Source: Octopus sinensis (Eukaryota). Taken from it: a stretch of 64,000 bases of DNA. Below the pieces are notes generated by a model. It was not told the origin of the DNA. It was given only the letters and a program-made list of their open reading frames with translations, and made no database searches. Numbering within the stretch: the first letter of the stretch is position 1; every line of letters begins with the position of its first letter. A program made the position numbers and the translations under genes. This document shows positions 56,154 through 64,000 of this stretch, piece by piece. The stretch spans positions 105,152,001 to 105,216,000 of the forward strand of contig NC_043000.1 in NCBI RefSeq assembly GCF_006345805.1, written 5' to 3'.

Positions 56154-56422
56154 ATATATTAGACACACATGTTATTTCTATTTACATATTATCATGATAT
56201 AATATATCCTTTAAAATTAGTTCAGTGATTAGAAGCAAATACACGCAATGGAATACGACATATATACGCACTCTCTTCACTCTGTAATGACACACGGAAA
56301 GCAGTTTTGTGCGGCTTCTATTTTCATCGTACCATATGTATTACGGAAGTGAATATATGCATATATATATAGTATGTGTGTGTGTGAGTGTATAGTATAT
56401 GTATATTTCTAGCACACACATA

Positions 56423-56536
<114 letters not shown>

Positions 56537-57199
56537 ATAGATACGAATACCGGAAGACACTGATAAATTTCTTGCTACATAGATAAATCTTTTGGAAAAA
56601 AATGTAAAGTTCTTGGTCTAGTGCAAATCACCACAAAGTTACTTATATCTACTGAAAGATTTGAGGGTTTTGTTTGTTTGCTTTTGCTATTTTTTTTTCT
56701 TTTCAGTGTAATATATATTGCATTTAGAAATATAATCTAGGTTTCAAAATGAAGTTTGGCCTCACTGTAGTGCCCCTGACCATAGGGCAACTCGGTCAGA
56801 CCTGACCTAGAACTAATCAACGAGATCTGGGCGTGTGATAGGATGACGGGTTTCGATTCTCCTGGCTAGATTTATATGATTTATACCCATCGATGGATAA
56901 TTTTCATCACGAACAATGAAATAATTGCTTATATTCCCTCCTAACGTGAGCACCGTAGAAAAGAATTGATCTTCCAGTGATCTCTTTTCGATTACACTTT
57001 GGAGCACGCAATTTAATGAAGCCACTAAGAATACCGATAAGTGTTTATCTAACACCTCTTATAAGATGAGCTCTAGTGCCTTTCTGTCCTAGTTATCATC
57101 TACCAAAACAGAGGATAGCCAGTCACCTCTGGAAAGGTGAACACGCTGTGAAAGCTTGGCTTTCAGGTTTTCATATGTGGCAATATAATACCTCATCAC

Positions 57200-57640
57200 A
57201 TTACATTATTTTATAAATCTCAAGCAGAATTAACATTGGAATTATACTGATACCTATGAGACAATGCTGCTACGTCACATACAAATATCTTAGACTCCAT
57301 CCAGAATATATAGATGAGAGGTACATACCTGTAAATGCACCAAAACATTTAACCCAAGCACATGACGTTTCCTCTCTCTACATTTTCTATTGCTACATCA
57401 TTGCTCTTTTGACACATGATTTAATATCTCCACCCAGACGTCTCCGATCTCCTGGCCGGCTATTTATTTTCTCTTCAACTGACGAAGCCCGATACAAAAT
57501 ACCTCACTCATTTCTTTCTCCATATAACTACAAACCTCCGGATTTTCCTCATTCTACGTTCATTCATACACCTACAAACATTGCCCTTCAACTGTTCCAC
57601 TTGAAAAGCAGCCGTATCGATCTTAACAATCTCGAGGGAC
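57200..57640 (+). mobile_element. Degenerate CR1/Jockey-group LINE 3' end
   Basis: HDVSSLYIFYCY...LISPPRRLR and PTNIALQLFHLKSSRIDL resemble RRxVxSLxxFYRY...PxxYNLQxFKxxVxR. Confidence 0.5.
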
Positions 57641-58297
57641 GGCAAAGGTCATGTACCCTGGCCCCATTATTGCGATTACCTTGCAAAGAAATGTATATAT
57701 GCCTTGATATATATCACCATAACACTAACACCGCCCTTTTTTCTCTTCCTCATATAGATATATTTTAATAAATCAATTACATAGCTTCATCTGTACATAT
57801 ATAGTATAGGCTAATATCTCTATTACATCGCACACAGACACACACATATTCCGTTGTTTGTACGCGTATATACACCATATATATATATATATATACATAT
57901 ATATATAGTCATTAACACGTTATACACATACGCACACAAACACACACGCGCACACACACATACACAAACACACATATGCACGCATACATACACTTCAATT
58001 ATTTCTTTATGCTAGTAAGTAGCTAAAGATACCATCAAACATGACAGTTTGACAATGTTTATATCCATCCAATGTTTTTGTATTTTTCTATTTGTGTGGC
58101 TTACAATGTATGTGAGCACACACATCTGTGTGGTGTGTGTGTGTATATGAATACATACACTCGCATACATACATATTTATATATACGTACATGAATATAT
58201 ATATATATATATATATATACATACACACACACACTTGTACGCTTGCGACACAATGAAAGTGATACATAATACGTAAATTTTTAGATTGCTCTCGCTC

Positions 58298-58333
<36 letters not shown>

Positions 58334-58525
58334 GGCTTGTATGTATGTATGTATGCATAATATACATACATATATGTATACAAACAAACACTGACATTTC
58401 AATGTTGATGAATTTGCTTTATAGATTTGTTTCAAGATATTAAACTACCGAAACCCGTCAAATCTTACAACTTTTGATTTCTCTTATTTCATCATCATTG
58501 TTGTCGCCGTCGTCGTCATCGTCAC

Positions 58526-58762
<237 letters not shown>

Positions 58763-59305
58763 AACATATTTAATTCTATAAGCAGCTCTTGTTGCTCTCG
58801 CGCAAAGGCAACCTAATATTCAATTGAAAGCTATTAATAGGTGGATTTCGCTAATGTGAAGAAAGATGGAAGGAGGCAGAAGTTAGACAGTGTGTATTGA
58901 AAGATGGGCTCTGTTCGTATGTAACACAAATAGAAAGGCTAGATACTGGAAGATATTGAAGCAGAGAATGATAGTCAGTAAAAGAGAGAGAAATGGAGAG
59001 AGCGCGAAAATTGCACTAATGTTTAACTCTGGTTTAGAGTTAAACATCGGTACAATTCTTGTGCGCATGCGTGTGTCGGCCATGTGCAATCTAAGTTTAG
59101 TTTCAGGAGTCATTTCTACTGAATAAAGGTTCTATGTTAAATGAAGTATATATGTGAGTATACACACACACACACATACATACATACATACATACATACA
59201 TACATACATACATACATACATACATACATTGCCCCCATAACTAACACATAACGAACTCACTTCGCGTCACATACTTTTATTGGAGTTCAATTCATCAAAA
59301 TTTCG

Positions 59306-59500
59306 GTGTGCCGAGCGAATGCTTAGCTGCCGCTACGTTCTGAGTTCAAATTCCGCCGAGATCGACTTTGCCTTTCATCCTTTCGGGGTCGATAAATAAA
59401 GTACCAGTTACGCACTGGGGTCGATGTAATCGATTTAATCCCTTTGTCTGTTCTTGTTTGTCCTCTCTATGTCTAGCCTCTTGTGGGCAATAAAGAAATA
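59306..59500 (+). mobile_element. SINE family B, 5'-eroded
   Basis: tacgttctgagttcaaattccgccgag...ttgtgggcaataaagaaata. Confidence 0.88.
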
Positions 59501-59600
59501 GTACATGTATAATTTTAAATTATACATACATAGATACATAAATATATACATACCTGTTTGTGTGTGTGTATGCATGTATGCATGTATATACATACACACT

Positions 59601-59631
<31 letters not shown>

Positions 59632-59817
59632 AAATGTATATAATACATATATATTGGCATATGCCTACACACACACACCCACACACACGCCATACCAAAC
59701 GTAAAAATAGATATATGGGTGTGCCGTCGGTGGTGGGGGTGGTACAGCTTGGGTCTGTTGGTTTGTGTGTGTGTGTGCGCGCGCGCGTGTGTTTATGTGT
59801 GTGTGTACATGCGTGTG

Positions 59818-59859
<42 letters not shown>

Positions 59860-60362
59860 CGTGACTCACAGTGAGCTTCTCCTTACACTGCAGTGCTTGC
59901 CGTTTACTGTTAATAATAGTAACTTAAATTACTTGTGCCTGCGAATATCAAACACTAGAATTTCTCTCTGCCTTCTCATGTTGATGTTATTGTGTAACTC
60001 CAGACCGGCTCTCACCTAAATGACCCATACATTTTATTGTTCCCGTTATACCATTACTCTGCCTCGATAACTGCCTTACTCTGCTCTCCGACAGCGATGA
60101 TTAATCAATATAATCAGCTTTAGTATGATACCCTCAGCACGAACCGTTCTCTCGCTCTCTCCACTACACAGTCTATTTCTGTATGTCTGTTCTTACTGTT
60201 GTTGTTGCTACTACTGGTGATGCTGCTGTTGTTGTTATTGTTGATGATGATCATCATCATCATGATCACGATCATGGTATTGTTGTTCTTATAGCACTTG
60301 GTAATGTCTGACGCCGTAAACCCGTGGCATGTAATCTATTTTCCCACGCGTATAAAATACTT

Positions 60363-60812
60363 CGGATCTTTTCGGTTTGAACGGCAGTTTTTTCTAGCGA
60401 TGTCATATGAAATTGTCACCCATAATTATGACCCTAGTATCGATCTATTGCATTTCAATCTGTTTTAGGGTTAGAGTTAGTTAGAGTTAGTTAGGATTAG
60501 GGTTAGGGCTAGGGGTGGGGGAAGGGTATCTTTTTTTCTTCAGAAATGTAAATAAACCCAATCTATTTCTTAAAAGAGGGACATATTCATACGGCACATA
60601 ATGTTTTCACCTCAATAGACGTCATTGATTTGTTGAAATTGCTGAAATTAAAGAAAAAAAACAACAAATATCTTACAAACTATAGAATTTTCTCAATAAA
60701 GCCAAGAGAAAAAGATGTTTTATAAACGCATTCTACCAGTATACGAAGTTTAAAAGTGTTTAGTTACGTGGAAATTATTTTTAAAAACTGCCTTTCAAAC
60801 CGATAAGATCCC
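60363..60812. mobile_element. MITE (450 bp) with 29-bp TIRs and internal TTAGGG-like repeats
   Basis: ggatcttttcggtttgaacggcagttttt (60364-60392) vs 60783-60811, 2 mismatches; atactt flanks both ends (60357-62, 60813-18); ttaggg-like units at 60465-60514. Confidence 0.85.
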
Positions 60813-62691
60813 ATACTTCCTCCAGGGCAAAGGAATCCGTCCACGTTTTACTTTCATAGACACCAACAGTTTATGTTCAAGGCTGAACCTCAGCCGTGTC
60901 AATTTTCCCAAGCTCGCATGGCCTTCGAAGGTCAAGGCTACTGCAAGTCAAGTTCTCTATTCTAGCTCATTCAAAACTTAACATGGCTGCTGTGTGTTTA
61001 AGAAGCTCGCTTTGCAAACAACGTGGCTGCAAACGCGAGAGAAGCCATCTTTGGTGAAAATGAGGCGAAGTGGATCAGTTTTTGGTCCACTAATCTGTGC
61101 GCGCGCACGTACGTGTTGGCACGTGTGAGTGTGTGTGTGTATGTGTGTGTGCATGCGTGTGTGTGTGTGTGCGAGAGTGTGTGTGTGTATGTACGTGTGT
61201 GTGTGTTTACAGCTGAAAAGTATAGTAGTTTATTTTAGTGTTACTTTCTAACTTTTACCTTCACAGCTTGATAATCAGCGATTGATAAACTAAATACGAT
61301 AGTGAAATAAGTACTGGGATCAACACGGTTGACTCAGTCTGAGAAGACGATGTCCTTACTTGCTGCAATACAATGAATGAAACCCAGTAAAAGTATACAT
61401 ACATACATACATGTATATAGTTATGTATACGTTGTCATATATACATACAAAGCTACACACGCAGTCACATACATATATACGTATATGCGTATGGATTGCG
61501 TATGCGCGTGTGGATTTTTGCATAGAAGCCTAGGGTCCTTTGATCCCTACAATTCAATCCTCCAACTTTGGACGACTTCAGTTTCAATACCTCTTTTATC
61601 ATTCGTTAAAGATCACCAACAAGAGGCAAGGGCAAGAGAAAAATAATAAAGAAACACGAATGATAAAATAATAATCAGATAACAATCAAAATCGCAAGAG
61701 TTAATTTATTGTATTGTTTATCCCATGATCAGTTATGCATTTGTTTATCCAAATTTGGCAACAGTAAAAACTTGTTCATTTTAGTTTCTGGCAGGAAAAG
61801 CAAAAGAATAAAAAAAAATATTGTATAAACCAAGCAAAGCCAGACATTGGAAAATATTACTGATTAGAAAAATAATTCATTTAGAGTAATTATGTAAACT
61901 ACTACAATATTTCGGAGGAAAAATGCAAATTTAAATTCTATACTTGTTTGCTGGTTTTCGTTTTATTCATTTATTTATCGATTTATTTATTTATTTCTTG
62001 TTCTTTTTAATGAAGCGCATCTTGGAACATCTGAATTGTTTAAATAGAAATAATTCTCAAAGAATAAATATTCTGCTACCAAATGAAGATTGTCAGCATC
62101 AATTTTTTTAAGCAATTTATCCAATTTATATATGGAATTCTTGCGATTACATTTATACCCAAGTAAGACCGGGCACATCCACTAGCATATATGTGTATAT
62201 ATACATATGTGTGCGTGCGCGCATATATATATACATATACATATTTATATATACTTATATATACACATATATACTTATGTAACATATATACATATATATA
62301 TATATATGTATTTATGTATATACTTATAATATGAGTGTACTTAGTTATACACATAATCATGCCAATCACCTATTTTGTTCTTTTTTTCTTTTTTTTTTTT
62401 TGCTTCCATTAATTATCAATCAACAGTTTCCATGGAATTATTTATTTCCAGAAATAGCTGCTGTCATACACAACACTAGAATTCTTAACGAAAGACAAAA
62501 GCATTAAGCCTAAAACCATTAAAAGCTTATCAATAAACTCAGTGGTAATATATCATATTTATCATAATTATTAGGGTAGAAACATATTTAGCCACGAAAA
62601 AGTAAAGGAATGGTAATAAACAAAAGACACACGCGCACACAAGCGCACGCATACACACACATGCACACACATGATGATGAGACAGACAGAC

Positions 62692-62796
<105 letters not shown>

Positions 62797-62817
62797 TGAC
62801 GAAGCAGTAATGTTTGT

Positions 62818-63192
62818 GTAGTTAAGAAATTTGCTAAGAAACGACGTGATTTTAGATTCAGTTCCACAGTGCAGCACGTTGGACTAGTGTTTTCTACTCT
62901 AGCCAATGCATTGTGAGTGAAGTTGATGGACACGGAAACTGTGTGGAAACCCATCGTGTATATGTGTGTGTGGGTGGGGGTGTTTCTCTTGTTTATATAT
63001 CTGTGTTTGTCGCTCCACTGTTTTAGAACTGGTGTTCGTTTGCTTACGTTCCCATAAATTAGCACTTCGGCAAAAGAAAATGATAGAATAAATACCATAC
63101 TTAAAAGTAAATACTGAGATCGATCTGTTCGATTAAACCCTTCAAGGCTGTACTCCAGCATGTCCGCAGTCTAATGACTGGAACAAATAAAT
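62818..63192 (+). mobile_element. SINE family A, old copy
   Basis: Colinear degenerate head, internal microsatellite and tail (cttcggcaaaag..gatagaataa..ccagcatg.ccgcagtc.aatgactg). Confidence 0.75.
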
Positions 63193-63235
63193 CAATATGA
63201 GTTCATGAGTGTGTGCGTGCACGCGTGTGTATATT

Positions 63236-63266
<31 letters not shown>

Positions 63267-63280
63267 TGTGTGTGTGTGTG

Positions 63281-63313
<33 letters not shown>

Positions 63314-63534
63314 GTGTGTGAGATTTGTATGATGGAAATTAGTAAATTGGGAGATAATCAACCAATCACGCATTGTTATATATTTGTAACTATCCAAGAA
63401 AATCAGGGATGTTACGATGGAAGCACCCAGCAATAACATCCGAAATAACCCTTGCAATAAACTTTCTACTTAAGCTATCAGAGCAAACTTTTGAACGTAA
63501 TGTTCCGGTGTAAGCTTAATTATGAGGTTCTAAT

Positions 63535-63715
63535 TTAGGTACAAGGCCAGCAGTTCTGACGATTCAGGGTTAGTTGATACCATCGACCCACCCCACCCCC
63601 ACCGTTCTAGATTAGTACCTTGTTTTAGCCAGCTTGGTAAGATGAAAGCCAATGTTGACTTTGGCGTGATTTGAACCTAGAGCGCAAGGAAGCAGAAGAT
63701 ATATTGCCAGGCATT
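63535..63715 (-). mobile_element. SINE family B, degenerate
   Basis: ggtacaaggccagca...catcgaccc...gatgaaagccaatgttgactttggcgtgatttgaacc. Confidence 0.6.
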
Positions 63716-64000
63716 TGTTGTTTTTCGTTTTGTTCGCTTTTGTTGTGGTTCACCACCTTTACATAAGCATTAACATAGATAGCAAACCTACACGTTTCTG
63801 TTGGAGAATATAGTGACACAAGAGTCTGCATGCCGTTATCTTTGAAATATGAAACCGCCGGCTAAAATAAGTTTAGAAAATCTGATATGGGGGAAAACGT
63901 TTTAATATCCAACTCATATCTATATTTAAGTTACATAACTATGAATTTATAAAAATTAAAAAATTTTTATTTTTCTCAGTACCAACGTACCCCGGCAGGT

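Noticed and set aside
63965-64000. Possible 19-nt micro-exon (ttttctcag|taccaacgtaccccggcag|gt)
   Set aside because: The donor site is cut off by the window edge; cannot be assessed without downstream sequence or RNA-seq.

Overview
AT-rich eukaryotic non-coding DNA saturated with microsatellites and transposon relics. The SINE/LINE repertoire and repeat style look cephalopod, probably Octopus; this is inferred from recalled sequence, not from a search. No host protein-coding gene or credible exon chain was found, and nearly all ORFs in the track are microsatellite read-throughs or antisense TE fragments. Supported features: three tRNA-derived SINE families (several copies, two with clear TSDs), degenerate RLE-type (R4/Dong-like) LINEs, RTE fragments, CR1-like 3' ends, a full-length irritans-type mariner (DD34D, TIRs, TA TSD, three lesions), MULE, maT-like and possible piggyBac relics, several MITE-like elements, and a 3'-truncated U2 snRNA copy. 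The most unusual structures are (i) a U2 5' fragment joined head-on to a full-length SINE, (ii) a ~325-bp inverted duplication with a 58-bp direct duplication and microhomology at both junctions, a template-switch signature, and (iii) a perfect 98-bp-arm palindrome. No clearly new biological system is demonstrated; these are candidates for follow-up. Boundaries of old TE relics are approximate.
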